Part shown: one piece after another, positions 11,631-24,590 of the stretch
Numbering within the stretch: position 1 is the first letter of the stretch
How the letters are laid out: each line of letters starts with the position of its first letter
Source of the DNA: Mobula hypostoma
Taxonomy: Eukaryota
DNA: 64,000 nucleotides
Reading direction: 5' to 3'
NCBI RefSeq assembly: GCF_963921235.1
Contig: NC_086097.1
Location: 160,148,001-160,212,000 of the forward strand
Notes under the pieces: generated by a model
Told to the model about the DNA's origin: nothing
Database searches by the model: none
The model's input: only the letters and a program-made list of their open reading frames with translations
Translations under genes and position numbers: made by a program

Positions 11631-14432
11631 AACTCTGGAGAACTCCTGTCCGGAACTACCAAACTCATAGTTCTCTTACACCATGCTGCACATTTCTACC
11701 TCCTAGCCAAGGTCCACAAACCTGACCTATCCAGTTAGGCACATTGTCTCTGTCTGCTCCTGCCCCACTGAATCTATGTTCTCATACAACTCTATTCTAT
11801 ACCCCTTGGTTCAATCCCTTCCCACCTACATCTGTGACACTTCACATGTTCGCGATCTCAACACTTTCAAATCCCTTGCCCTACCGCCCGCCATATTTTC
11901 ACCATTGATGTCCAGTCTCTTTGCACTTCTATGCCCCCATCAAGAAGGCCTCAAAGCTCTCCATTTCTTTTTCAACAAAAGACCCAACCAGTTCCCCCTA
12001 CCACCACCTTCCTCCATATGACAGAACTGGTCCTCACCCTTAACAATTTCTGCAAGTGCTACGCATGCCCTTACACTTCCTCACTTACCACCATTCAAGG
12101 CCCCAGATAGTCGGTCCAGGTGAGGCGACACTTCACCTGTGAGTCAACTGGGGTGATATACTGCATCTGGTGCTCCCGATGTGGCCTTCTATACATTGGC
12201 AAGACACTACGCAGACTGGGAGATTGTTTTGCTGAACACCTACGCTCTGTCCGCCAGAGAAAGCAGGATCTCACAGTGGCCACACATTTCAATTTCACGT
12301 CCCATTCCCACTCTGATATGTCTATCCACGGCCTCCTCTACTTTAGAGATGAAGCCACACTCAGGTTGGAGGAACAACACCTTATATTCCGTCTGGGTAG
12401 CCCCCAACCTGATGGCATGAACATTGACTTCTCAAACTTCCGCTAATGCCCCACCTCCCCCTCGTACCCCATCTGTTATTTATTTATATACACACATTCT
12501 TTCTCTCTCTCTCCTTTTTCTCCCTCTGTCCGTCTGACTATACCCTTGCCCATCCTCTTGGTTTTTTCCCTCCACTCCCCATTTTCTTTCGCCCTGGGCC
12601 TCATGTCCCATGATCCTCTCATATCCCTTTTGCCAATCACCTGTCCAGCTCTTGGCTCCATCCCTCCCCCTCCTGTCTTCTCCTATCATTTTGGATTTCC
12701 CCCTCCCCTTCCCACTTTCAAATCTCTTACTAGCTCTTCTTTTAGTTAGTCCTGACAAAGGATCTCGGCCCGAAACGTCGACTCTACCTCTTCCTAGAGA
12801 TGCTGCCTGGCCTGCTGCGTTCACCAGCAACTTTGATGTGTGTTGCTCTCCTTTGGCTCCTCCCACTTTCTCCACACTCAAGGGGTAACTATGGACACCT
12901 GCATGGGCCCCAGCTATGCCTGCCTCTTCATTGGCTACATAGAACAGTCCAAGTTCCCAGCCTTCCCTGGTAAAGCTCCCAGCTCTTCTTGCTCTACACT
13001 GATGGCAGTGTTGGTGCCACTTTATGCTGAGCTCGTCAATTTCATCAACATTGCCTGCAACTTCTACCCTGCCCTTAAATTCACTTGGTCCATTTCTGGC
13101 ACCTCCCTCCCCTTTCTCAATCTCCTTTTCTATCTTTGGAGCCAAACTGACTACCCACATCTTTTATAAGCCTACCAGTTCCCACGGTTATTGTGACTAT
13201 ACTTCTTCCAACCCTGCTTCCTGTAAAATCACTAAAAACACTATTCCCTTTTCTCAGTTTCTTTGTCTCCACTGCATCTATTCCAAGGATGATGTTTTCT
13301 TTTCCAGGACATCAGAGATGTTCACTTTCTTCAAAGAATGGGGTTTCCTTTCCTCCACCATTAATGCTGCCTTCACTCACATCTCCCCTATTTCCCAGAC
13401 ATCCGCACACATCACATCTTCCTGCCGCCTTAATGGGGATAGAGTTCCTAATGTGTTCAACTACCACCCTATTGGCCTCCACATCTAACAGATCATTCTC
13501 CACAACCTCTGCCTTCTTCAACAGGATCCTACCATCAAACATATCTTTACCTCCCTCCTCACTGCCCCACAATCTCTGCTTTTCACAGGGATTGTTCATT
13601 CCATGATCCTCCTGTCCATTCATCTCTCCCCATTAATCTCTCTCCTGGCACATACCCCTGCAAGTGACCAAAATGCTACACTTGCCTATTTATCCCCTCA
13701 CAGCTCCATTCAAGGCCCCAAGCATTCTTTCTAGGTGAGACAACACTTCACCTGGGAATTTATTGGGGTTGTCTATTGTATCCAGTGCCTCCGATGCAGC
13801 CTCTTCTACATTCATGAAACTCCACGTAAATTGGGGTCTTCTTTGTGGGGCATGTCCACTCTATCTGCAGAGAGTGGAATTCTCCAGTGGCCAAACATTT
13901 TTATTCCAATTCGCATTTGACATGTCAGTCCATGGCCTCTTCTTTCACAACAATCAGTTTATTCTCAGGGTGGAGGAGCCACACCTCATATTCTGTCTGG
14001 ATAGCCTCCAACCTGATGGCATGAACATCGATTTCTCCTTCTAAAAAAGTTTCCCTTCCTTTTCCCTCTTCTATTCCCCACTCTGGCCTCTTACCTCGTC
14101 ACCTCACCTGCTTATCAACTCCCCCCAGTGCTCCTTCTTCTTTCCTTTCTCCCATGGTCCACTCTCCTCTCCAATCAGATTCCTTCTTCTCTAGTCCTTT
14201 AACTTTCCCACCAACCCTGCTTCACTTATTATCTTCTAGCTGGTCCTCCTTCCCCTTCATTCACCTTTTTATTCTGGTGCCTTCCCCCTTCTTTCCCAGT
14301 GCTCGGGAAGGGGATCAGCCTGAAAGGTTGACTGTTTACTCATCTTCATAGATGCTGCCTGACCTGCTGAGTTCCTACAGTATTTTGTGTGTGTTGCTCT
14401 GGATATACAACACCTGCAGAATCTCCTGTGTT
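11631..14432 (+). mobile_element. Penelope-like element (RT + GIY-YIG), older copy
   Basis: QGVTMDTCMGPSYACLFIGYIE (PLE RT), IFYKPT, FTWEFIGVVYCIQCLRCSLFYIHET (GIY-YIG); flanked by TATGGCAATTAATC (11617-11630) and TATGGCAATTGATC (14433-14446). Confidence 0.85.
12052..12846 (+). mobile_element. Penelope-like element, younger 5'-truncated copy nested in the older one
   Basis: ORF 12120..12446 FTCESTGVIYCIWCSRCGLLYIGKTLRRLGDCFAEH…GMNIDF (GIY-YIG), pyrimidine-rich 3' region and terminal CCTGACAAAGG…CGAAACGTCG motif; host RT resumes at ~12847. Confidence 0.9.
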
Positions 14433-14929
14433 TATGGCAATTGATCTGCCTATGAAATTGCAGAGTGCTGAGGACACAGCTCAGCACATGACAGAAACCA
14501 GCCTCCTCTCTTTCATTGCCTCAGTAAGCTGCTGGTGCAATCAAGGACCCCACACGCCCAGGACATTCTTTCTTCTTCCCTTTCCCATTGGGCAGGAGAT
14601 ACAAAAGCCTGAAAGAGCAGACCAGGCTGAAGGACAGCTTCTATTCAGCTGTTATTAGACTTGTGAATGGTTCCCTGGTGCACTAGATAGACTCTTGACT
14701 GCACAAGCTAGCTTATTCTGATATTGCACCTTTTTGTTTACCTGAACTGCATTTTCTCTGTAGGCGTTAAATGAAATTCTGCATTCTTTTGTTACTTTAC
14801 CTTTATGCATTGCTTAGTGATTTCATCTGTGTGAACTGTATGCAAGAAAAGCTTTTCACTGCATCTAGGTATATGTAACAATAATAATCTAATTCCAATT
14901 CCAATTCCAGGGAAGAAAATGTAAGGATC

Positions 14930-15165
14930 GGAGATTCAAAGATTGGCATTATTTGTCACATGGTCATCGAAACATTGAAAGTATCTTCGGCGTCAACAAC
15001 TATCACAGTCTGAGGATGTGCTGGGGAAAGCCCACATGCTTCAGCAACAACATAATATGCCCACAACTGACTGTGCAACACGCCATTGGAATGTGGGGGG
15101 AAACCTGCACACCCAGAGGAAACCCACGCGGTCAGGAGAGAACGTACAGACAGTGACGGGAATTT
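14930..15165 (-). mobile_element. V-SINE/HE1-like SINE fragment
   Basis: Reverse complement of the V-domain core (gcgtgggtttcctctgggtgtgcaggtttcccccaca). Confidence 0.65.
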
Positions 15166-17137
15166 CTCTCCTGATGGACATTTGTGATCTAGGTGTTATT
15201 TTAACTAAAAATTCAGCTGTTTTCTTGTTGCTTTTTCTAAATGTCAAATGCTTCTTTGGAAACACTTCTGCAAGTGTCAATTTATTTCAAGAGCAATAAC
15301 TGCCACTATCTCACATACATCTACTGCCAGCTGGCATCAGCACACAAATCCACTAAATAACTATCATCATTTAAAAAAACATCTCTGCTTTACTAATGGC
15401 CTTCAAATAGGAAACTTAGTATCCTTTAGGACTGTCTACATGTCATTTCAAACTCTCAGCAACACATCGACTCTAAACTTTAATAATGTGGTTTGGAATG
15501 CACAATGCTTCATGGATGAAATGAGTGACTTCCAGACCATCTTATGAAAGTTCAGCCTTCCTTATTAGCGATGCCCACATCCTGTGAAATGCACAAATTT
15601 AAATGTAAATAATTAAATGGAAAATAACAGAGGTCATATTCAAAGGCCATGTATTTTTGCAATCCCTTGAAGTCCTACCATGATCAAGCTACAAAGCAAG
15701 CGGTCTGCACAAGCTTAATATGCACCATGTACAGAAGACACGATTGACTGCAGTGTGCCTATTGCATATGACTGGTATAACTAATGCAGCTAAAAATCAT
15801 TGAAGTTTAAAGACTATCAGGGAGAGTCCCATTAAATTCCATGCCACAACATGCCTGTACCTATTCAATAGATTTTAAATCATGTATTGCAGCATGTTGA
15901 CAATGATAGAGCCATAGAACTACTAGAAAGTGTAAATGGCCTCGTTTTGCTTCAGTTAACCATTAATGAAGAATGTCTTCAGTACAGCCCTATAGATATG
16001 CTGAAAATTTTAATATATCAAAGCTGAAGATTTTTTTAGGTGCTCAGTTCCGTTTGAATAGCTGCAAACCTAATCTTTAAGCATACCTATTCTTTAAAGT
16101 GAATGGGACTTCTAAGACAATTAAACTGTTTTAAATACTGCAGCGTCTCACATGTGGACGTTAAAAGATACGGCAACTGTACTCAATTCGCTTAATGTAT
16201 GAAATTGTGAAGTGTCATTTATGTTATACAAGAGACTGACATGGATATAAACAATAACCAAAATAACAAAGTAATATTGCAACAAAGTAGTGAGCATTGT
16301 TAAAAAACATAGCCTATAATAAATTGTGGGAATAATTAACTACCATTAAAAATTTTCAACAGATGCACCACATTAAAATAGCAATGAAAGAAGTTTTAGA
16401 AGATTACATTAGTGAACCTGCAGCCCACAGATCTTTGTAACTGAAGCTGAAATTTGACAATTAAAGCCATAGCACTCTTATTACAGGGTTATTATTTTTA
16501 CCATATCTATTCAATTGTAAAATCGCACAAGTTTTCTATCCATTAGTTTGTTAGCCATATCTTTATTTGGCCTCCTTTCAAATGCAATGTTTCAGTGAAC
16601 ATCAATTTTTTAGATTTATTCATTTATGGGATGTGGGCATCACTGGCTAAGCCAGCATTTATTGCCCATCCCTAGCTGCCCTTGAAAAGGTGGTGATGAG
16701 AAGCCTTCTTGAACGACTGCAGTCACCCACAGTGCTGTTAGGGAAGGAATTCCGTGATTCTGACCCAGCGAAAATGAAGGGACGGTAATATGTTTCCAAG
16801 TCAGTGACTTAGAGGAGGATTTCCAAATGGTGGAGTTTCCAGGTATCTGCTGTTCTCATCCATCTATATGGTAGAGGTCATGGGTCTGGACCTTAAGACC
16901 TTTGGTGTGTTGTTGCAGTGTATCTTGTAGATAGTACACACTGTTGCAACTGTTTGTCGATGGTGGAGGGACTGGATGCTTGTGGAAGGGGTATCAATCA
17001 AGTGGACTGCCTTGTTATTGGATGTTGTCAAGCTTCTTGATGGAGCTGCACTCAGTGAGTGGCAGTATTCCATTACACTCCTAACTGAGCCTTGTAGATG
17101 GTGGACAGACTTTGGGAAGTCAGGAGATGAGTTACAC

Positions 17138-17865
17138 ATAGCAACACAGAAACATAGAAAACCTACAGCACAATACTGGCCCTTTGGCTCACAATGCTGT
17201 GCTAAACATGTATTTATTTTAGAAATTACCTCGGGTTTCTCATAGCCCTCTATTTTTTTGAGCTCCATGTACCTATCCAGGAGCTTCTTAAAGGACCCTG
17301 TTGTATCCACCTCCACCACCATCGCCGGCAACCCATTCTACACATTCACCACTCTCTGTGTAAAAAACGTACCCTGACATCTCCTCTGTACCTACTTCCA
17401 AGCACCTTAAAACTGTGTCCTCTCATGTTAGCCATTTCAGTCCTGGGAAAAAGCCTGTAACTATCCACATGATCAATTCCCCTCATCATCTTATACACCT
17501 CTATTAAATCACCTCTCATCTTACATCGCTCCAAGGAGGAAAGGTCAAGTTTACTCAACCTGTTCTCATAAGGCATGTTCCCCAATCCAGGCAACATCCT
17601 TGTAAATCTCCTCTGCACCTTTTCTTAGTTTCCACACCCTCCCTGTAGTGAGGTGACCAGAACTGAGCACAGTACTCCAAGTGCGGTCTGACCAGGGTCC
17701 TATATAGCTGTAACATTATCTCTTGGCTCTTGAACTCAATCCCACAGTTGATGAGGGCCAATACACCGTATGCCTTCTTAACCACACATTCAACCTGGGC
17801 AGCAGCTTTGAGTGTCCTGTGGACTCGGATCCTAAGATTCCTCTGATTCTCCACACTACCAAGAG
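17138..17865 (-). mobile_element. CR1 LINE 3' fragment nested in the preceding LINE
   Basis: [52 protein letters not shown] tail. Confidence 0.9.
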
Positions 17866-19837
17866 GATTCCTACCCTTTGACCTTCTCTAGTAGCCATAG
17901 TTTTTATATGGCTAGACCAATTCAGTTTCCTTTCAATGGTAACCCCTAGGATGTTGATAGTAGGGGATTCAGCGATGGTGATGCCACTGAATGTCAAGGG
18001 ACGATGGTTAGAGCCTCTCTTGTTGGAGATGGTCATTGCCTGGCACTAGTGTAGCTCAGATGTTACTTGCCACTGGTTAGCCCAAGCCTGGATATTGTCC
18101 AGGTCCTGCTGCATTTGGGTGTGAACTGCTTCACTATCTGAGGAGTCACAAATGGTGCAAAACATTGTGCAGTCAAATGCAAACATCCCGCCTTCTGACC
18201 TTATGATGGAAGGAAGGTCATTGATGAAGCAGGTGAAGATGGTTGGTCCTAGGACACTTCCCTGAGGAACTCCTGCAGTGATGTCCTGAGCATGAGCTGA
18301 TTGACCTCCAACCACAACTACCATCTTCCTTTGTGTCAGGTATGATTCCAACCAGTGAAGGGTTTTCCTCTCTAATTCCCATTGACTTCATTTTAGCTGG
18401 GGAACCTTGATGCCATACTCAGTCAAATGCTGCCTTGATGTCGAGGGCTATCATTCTCACATCACCTCTGGCATTTTTGCTCTTTGATCTATGTTTGGAC
18501 CAAGGAGGTGAAGAGATCAGGAGCTGAGTGGCCTTGACAGAACCCAAACTAGGCATCCATCAGCAGGTTATTGCCAAGTAGGTGCTGTATGATAGTACTG
18601 TTGATGACCCCTTGCATTGCTTTGCTGATGATTGAGAGTAGGCCGATAGGGCAGTAATTGGCTGCGCTAGACTTGCCCTGGTTCTTGTGTACAGGACAAG
18701 TCAAAATTGGAAAACCAATTTTCCACTTTGCCAGGTAGATGCCAATGTTCTAGCTGTACTGGAACAGCTTGGCTATTGGCATGTTCTGGAGCGCAAGTCT
18801 TCAGGACTTTTGCCAGGATTTTGTCTGAGCCCATAGCCTTCACAGTATCCAGTGTTTTCAGCCACTTCTTGATATCATGTGGAGTGAATTAGATTGGCTA
18901 CGTATTGACATCTGGGATGCTGGGGACTTCTGGAGGAGGCCGAGCTGAATCACCTACCCGGCACTCCTGACTGAAGATTGTTACAAATGCTGGGCTTCTC
19001 ATTCATTGAGTATGGGGATATTTGTGGAACCTCCTTCTCCAGTGAGTTGTTTGATTGTCTACCACCAGTCATGGCAGGATGTGGCAGGATCACAGAGTTT
19101 AGATCTGATCCGTTGGTTGTGGGATCACTTCACTCTGTCTATTACTTACTGCTTATGGTGTTTGGCATGCAACTACTCCTGTATTGTGGTTTCACCAGGG
19201 TAACGCCTTATACTGAGGTGTGCCTGGTGTTGTTCTTGGCATGCCCTCCTGCACTCTTCATTGAACCAGGGTTGATCATGGTGGTAATGTTAGTGAGGGG
19301 GAAATGCCGGGCCATGAAGTTCCAGATTGTAGTTGAGTACAATTCTGCTGCTGCTGATGGCCCACAGCGCTTCATAGATGCCTAGTCCTGGGCTGCTAGA
19401 TCTGTTCGAAGTCAATCCCATTTAGCACGGTGGTAGTGCCACACAATGCAGCAGAAAGTTTCTTCAATGTGGAGATGGGATTTAGTCTCCACAATACTGT
19501 GCAGTGGTCACTTCTACCAATACTGTCATGGACAGATGCTTCCATGGCAGGCAGGTTGGTGGGAATGAGGTCAAATGTGTTTTTCCTTCTTGTTAGTTCC
19601 CTCACCGCCTGCTGTAGTCCCAGTCTAGGTTGTCCGGCTGGGTTCATTCCTTAATATTTTCTTTTTAGTGGGTGGATACAACTGAATGGTCTGGAGTCAC
19701 ACATAGGCCAGAACAGGTAAGGACGGCAGGATTTCTCCTGTAAAGGAGGTTAGTGAACCAGATGGGTTTTTACAACAATCAACATGGTTTTGTGGTAATC
19801 GGATTTTTCAAAATTGAAAACAAATTCCCCATCTGGT

Positions 19838-19912
19838 GGGATTCATACTCACAACCCCAGCATATAACTGGGTCTCTGGACTATTGATCCAGCGGTAATT
19901 ACCACTACGCTA
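19838..19912 (-). promoter_or_regulatory. Pol III type-2 internal promoter (A box and degenerate B box) in the tRNA-like head
   Basis: Minus strand: A box TAGCGTAGTGG (19912-19902) fits TRGCNNARYGG; B-box-like GAGTATGAATCCC (19850-19838). Confidence 0.6.
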
Positions 19913-20204
19913 AATCTCCCGACACAATTTGTAATATTGTTGGAGCAGAGAAAGTCAATCCAGAGCTATAACAGATGAATTAATTTCTTCTTTTCAGTTC
20001 ATAGCAGGCACTAATGTTAACAGAAACATTATAGCTGGGTATTTGTTACTTTCATAATGCATCTATATGGATTACTTAATTCCTCTATCATCTCACAGTC
20101 TCCAAGATGTGAGTCCTATTTTCAATGGGAAGTTAATATGATGTATTTGTTTTTTAATTAAACAAAGATTCAATTTCTCAAAGGAAATTTGTGTTAGACC
20201 TAAC

Positions 20205-20325
20205 ATCTGTGCCTGTATGTGCACATGTGTATCTTTACATATGTACTTGAGAGTGTGCATGTCTGTGTATAAGTATGTGTGTCCTCATATCTGTGCATAC
20301 GTACACAAGTGTATGTTCATGCATG
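20205..20325. repeat. Degenerate (TG/TA/CA)n purine-pyrimidine microsatellite
   Basis: tgtgcctgtatgtgcacatgtgtatc…gtgtgcatgtctgtgtataagtatgtgtgt. Confidence 0.6.
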
Positions 20326-22689
20326 TAGGGTCATCTTCATCTCTTCCGGTTGCCTTTTTGCTCTACTTTGCATGGACTTATTCTTAAATTATGTTATGAG
20401 GCTGTGTTCCTTTGTCTAATCAACTGGCTTTTACCCACGATGAATGCAGGAGATCATTTTCATCTATCGTGTCCAGTAACATACACAAAATGTTGGAGGA
20501 ATTCAGCAGGACAGGTATCTATGGAGGAAAATGAACAGGTTCTGATGAAGGGTCCATTATCCACTTTGAAAGCTGCCTGGAGCTACTCCAGGATCTTGTG
20601 TGTGTTGCTCAAGATTTCCAGCATCTACAGAATCTCTTGTGTCCCTGGAATTTACAGATAGTTCGGCCTACATTTCAAAACCACATTGTAAACAATGTGA
20701 CTGAAGCAGTGTCCATCAGTTTCATTGCTACTAGATACTATGCAGAGAGTGATTGGGGGAATAAACCTGAAGGGTTCGTGCTTTCACAAACAAATTTGAA
20801 TTTGTTCTCATTTTCTCTCTTGCATGTTTTTAGCCCTGGAGTACCTGAGGAGTAAACCTCTGGTTATGTCTAAATGGTGCTCCCAGGGTTTATCCCTCTG
20901 TGACACTTTGGTGACCATGATTCCTTTTTCTCGGATGAGTGATTAGTCAGTTTCTCGTGTATGGAAATGATAGTGTATCAGGATTACCAGCCAGTGGTTA
21001 TGATTGTGTGGGCAGTATAACTATGTGTATACATACCTACCATCATTTTCAGACAGCCAGTTGAATGTCCCTTCCACCGTCAGGATTGGTGCACACTCAT
21101 TTGATCAAACCTTATCAGCTCATTTCGATCATAAATACACAACTCCATAAAATTCCAGCTTTATTCACTCCATATTTTTCCAAAGCTAAAATTAAGTGCC
21201 TTGTCTTGAACCAAGATGACATCAGTGCTGCACAATGAATTTCCTCACATTTTAGAACTAAATCATTGCTATTTACTTCAGAGTGAGAGTAGTTTCGTAT
21301 ATAAATAAACCTCTCTGCAGCACAAAGTTCCCACAAACAACTCTAATGATGCAAAACGGCCTTTGTTCAATATAACCTTTCTTATCGTGTATAAAAGCCT
21401 CTGTCATGCAGAGGAAGATTGCTGGCAGCAGTCTCCATAAAGTACCATGTTTCTAAACAGTGTGATAGACAGGGATGCAATCATTATACCTGTCAAATGA
21501 TCGCCCTGATAAGTTTTGATCTTAAACATACTTCTCCTGGATTTACACCACAACACAGTATCCTGTAAATGCCACCTTAAAGTCCTCTTCCTGTTACTTT
21601 CATGGAACTGCTCTTTCAATGAAAATATATTAAAATAGTCCAATTTTGAAAGGCCAAGATGGTGCTGAATATCTAATTTTAAATACATCGTTTATTCTAC
21701 ACCAAAATCATCTTGGTTCTTATCAAAACCTAGTTTGCTAATTTTAAGGTTGAATTCCTTCGTGCTCTTTATATGTTAGCATACCTATTAATGGTACACA
21801 TCAGTCGCTTGTGTGTTTTGTTTTTTTAGTGGCTTTGGTAATATGTTCACAGCAGATGCCTGTTTGATCTATTTTTAGAACCTGTTAACACTTTCACATC
21901 AGACTCCTGTGTGCTCTCCATTACACATCAGATTCCGTTCCTTTGCGCTGTAATTCCAGTACCTGAAAACATGGTCACAACTCATGAAATGTTGACGGCC
22001 CTGTAGATCTCAGGTTTTAACATTGCCCATTCCTATATCCACCGTCAGCCCATGAACCTTTCTTTCTGATTTAATACTGTTATTCATGTATTTTTTCATG
22101 TATGTTAATTTCTAGAATTCTACAATTATGTCCCAGTGGACTGTTTTCATTTATGAAATTCTTATAACTATGCTTAGTTTCAAGTCATCATTTTATTACA
22201 AATGTGCTAATGCAAAACTGTAGACCATGGCAAACCTGATCATGAAAATTCCTACTTACTTGGGTAGATCCCCCAGTAGGAACTTGTGGCTTGGAAATAG
22301 CTTTATTCCTTGCAATGACGCCTTCCAAATAGACACAAGAGGCTCTGCAGGTGCTGGAAATCCAGAGTAACTCACACAAAATTCTGGAGGAAATCAGCAG
22401 GTCGGGCAGCATGGATGGAGAGTAACAAAGAGCCATTTTATTCCTTACAAATTGCTAGGCCTTCTACACCAAAATGGGATCATGTGTCAAATGAGGGTGG
22501 AGGTAGCGGAGGGTAGAAAACAATTAATACTTACTAAAAAATCAGTAAGGTCCTTTTTAACCTGCTAAGCCATATCACCTAGTTGGCTGGCTGCTGAAAT
22601 TGTAAATAACATTGTATATTTCTGACATACAAAAATATTTTTAAAATGAAATAAGTATTGGGGTTTTGAGTAATGAGTCATACTGCAGC

Positions 22690-23655
22690 CATATCATATT
22701 TTGGTAAGGCTACACTTGGAGTATTACCTGCAGCACTAGTTGTCCCCATTACAGGAAGGATGTAGAGTCTTTGGAAAGGGAGCGGAAGAGGTTTACAAGG
22801 CTGCTGCCTGGATCAGAGGGGGTGACCTATAAAAAATAACTTTATTTGTTACACACACGTTAAAACATACAGTGAAATACAGTTTCTGTGATATCACACT
22901 GGAGGAACATTGTATCATTTTTTAATGCATGCATTTCCAAATGACAATAAACGAGGACTGAGTGTCCTCAGAATCTAATCTAAAATGCATCATTTTGCAT
23001 CAACAAACAACACTATCCAAAGGTTGTGCTGAGGCTGCCTGCAGGTGTTCCACCATTGCGGTGCTAACATAGCAGGCCCAGAACTCACTAACCCCAACTG
23101 TACGACTTTAGAACGTGGGAGAAAACCAGAGCAACCAGAGGAAACCCACGTGATCATGAGGGAGAATGTACAAATTCAGTGGGAATTGAACCCCAAATGG
23201 CGACCGCAGCCGCTGTAATGGGATTGCACTAACCGCTACCCTATTGAGCTGCCCTAAGCAGAGGCTGGACAAACCTGGATGCTTTCTCTGGAGCATCAGA
23301 GACTAGATAGAATTTTATAAAATTATGAGAGGTAGAGATAGGATAGGTGCTCAAAATCTTTCTCCCAGGACAGAACTATCTAATACTAGAGGACATGAAT
23401 TTAAGGTAAGAAGGGGAAAGTTTCAAGAAGATGTGTAGGACAAGTGTTTTACACAGAGAGTGGTAGGTGTGTGGAAAGGGCTGCCAGCAGTGGTAGTGGC
23501 AAAGGCTGTTAGATAGATGCATGAATATGCAGAGAATGAAAGGATATGGATCATGTACAAGTAGAAGAGTTTTAGTTTAATTCAGCATTATGGTTTGCAC
23601 CAGAAATAGTGGGCCAAGGGGACTATTACTGTGTTGTATTATGTTCCATGTTCTG
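22690..23655 (+). mobile_element. Degenerate CR1 3' fragment split by a SINE
   Basis: ggtaaggctacacttggagtat…ggaaggatgtagag (LVRxHLEY…RKDV) continues after ~23255 to a CR1 tail. Confidence 0.75.
22830..23254 (-). mobile_element. tRNA-derived V-SINE (HE1-like)
   Basis: Minus strand: gggcagctcaatagggtagcggttag…ggggttcaattccc (A/B-box-like), then V core cacgtgggtttcctctggttgctctggttttctcccacg. Confidence 0.75.
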
Positions 23656-23689
23656 ATCTATTGCGAGTTCCACAAAAGTTAGATCCCCA

Positions 23690-24590
23690 CTGAAGCATTT
23701 GAATTCTGACTGTTTAGAAGGCTCCATTTGGAATTGTACAGTGAGCAATGGATGAAGGGGTTTGTCGAGTAGAAGATCATGCTTATGCATGAGGAGGAGA
23801 GGAGAAGTGTTATTAAACCTTCAGAGGTGCTTCAAAGGTTGGAGCAATCCTGAGACTGACCTAATGGAAGAGTGAGGGAGCACATCAGTGAGATGCAACA
23901 AGCAAGGGAACACACAGTAAATGGTAAGATGTTGAGTTGTGTCAATAAGCAAACACAGGCCTTTGGCATACATATAAGTACATGGGCAAAGTTGATAAGA
24001 TAGTACAAAGTGCTTTAATTTATTAGGAAAGTGTCCTGTAGAGCTTATTATAATATAAACAGTAAAAAATAAAACAGCAGAAGGATTATGCTGGAAATGT
24101 TTATAGCACTTGTTAAGCCACATTTTGATGATTTCATTCTGATGCAATTACTTTGTTAAAGGAACAAGTGTTTGCACTAGTGAAGGTGCAGAAAAGATTA
24201 ATGAGGATGCTGACAGGAATGGAACATTTCCATTATGAGATTGTTCATCTGGGAACAAGGGACGCTTGGGGGAAATTTAAATCAGACGTGTAAAACTATG
24301 CTGACTAAATAGGGAGGGCCAATTTCCAATGCTGGGGACACAAATTTAAGGTGACAGAAGGTGGAGGGGTGATGAGGCAAGACATTTTCACTCATACTGT
24401 TGTAGGCTGCCCAAAGTACTGACGTGTCCTGAAATCACAGTTAAACAGTACATGGATATAGATGAAGGACAGCAGTATGCAGGAGAACAGATCCAGTACT
24501 GGAAGGGAGGATTAGCACAGACATGATGAGCAGCAGGATACAAGGTTAGGCTCAATGGGCAAGCTAATCTTAGGTGTCTGTCACGCCATA
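23690..24590 (+). mobile_element. Highly degenerate CR1 ORF2 3' remnant
   Basis: Recognisable gcacttgttaagccacatttt, gtgcagaaaagattaatgaggatgctg and ggacacaaatttaagg segments. Confidence 0.5.

Larger units (their letters stand above)
11285..14910 (+). mobile_element. Rex1/Babar-like LINE 3' fragment, split by Penelope insertions (halves ~11285-11630 and ~14433-14910)
   Basis: LNVSKTKDL…FKFLGV…LYFLKRLKKFG before the break; continues LQSAEDTAQH after it; (AATTCC)n tail at ~14890. Confidence 0.75.
16609..19920 (-). mobile_element. CR1/L2-group LINE with tRNA-derived 5' head, interrupted by a CR1
   Basis: RT motifs AGVPQGSVLGPTIFTCFINDL…GMFAFDCT (18046-18351), endonuclease C-terminus IGRSDH (19396-19647), 3' tail gggcaataaatgctggcttagccagtgatgcccacatccc; tRNA-like head at 19690-19920. 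Confidence 0.8.

Noticed and set aside
19838..19920. Genuine tRNA gene
   Set aside because: Degenerate B box, no full cloverleaf evident, continuous with retroelement sequence.
21030..21690. Short minus-strand ORFs and splice-like sites
   Set aside because: Stops interrupt plausible frames and no protein family is recognisable.
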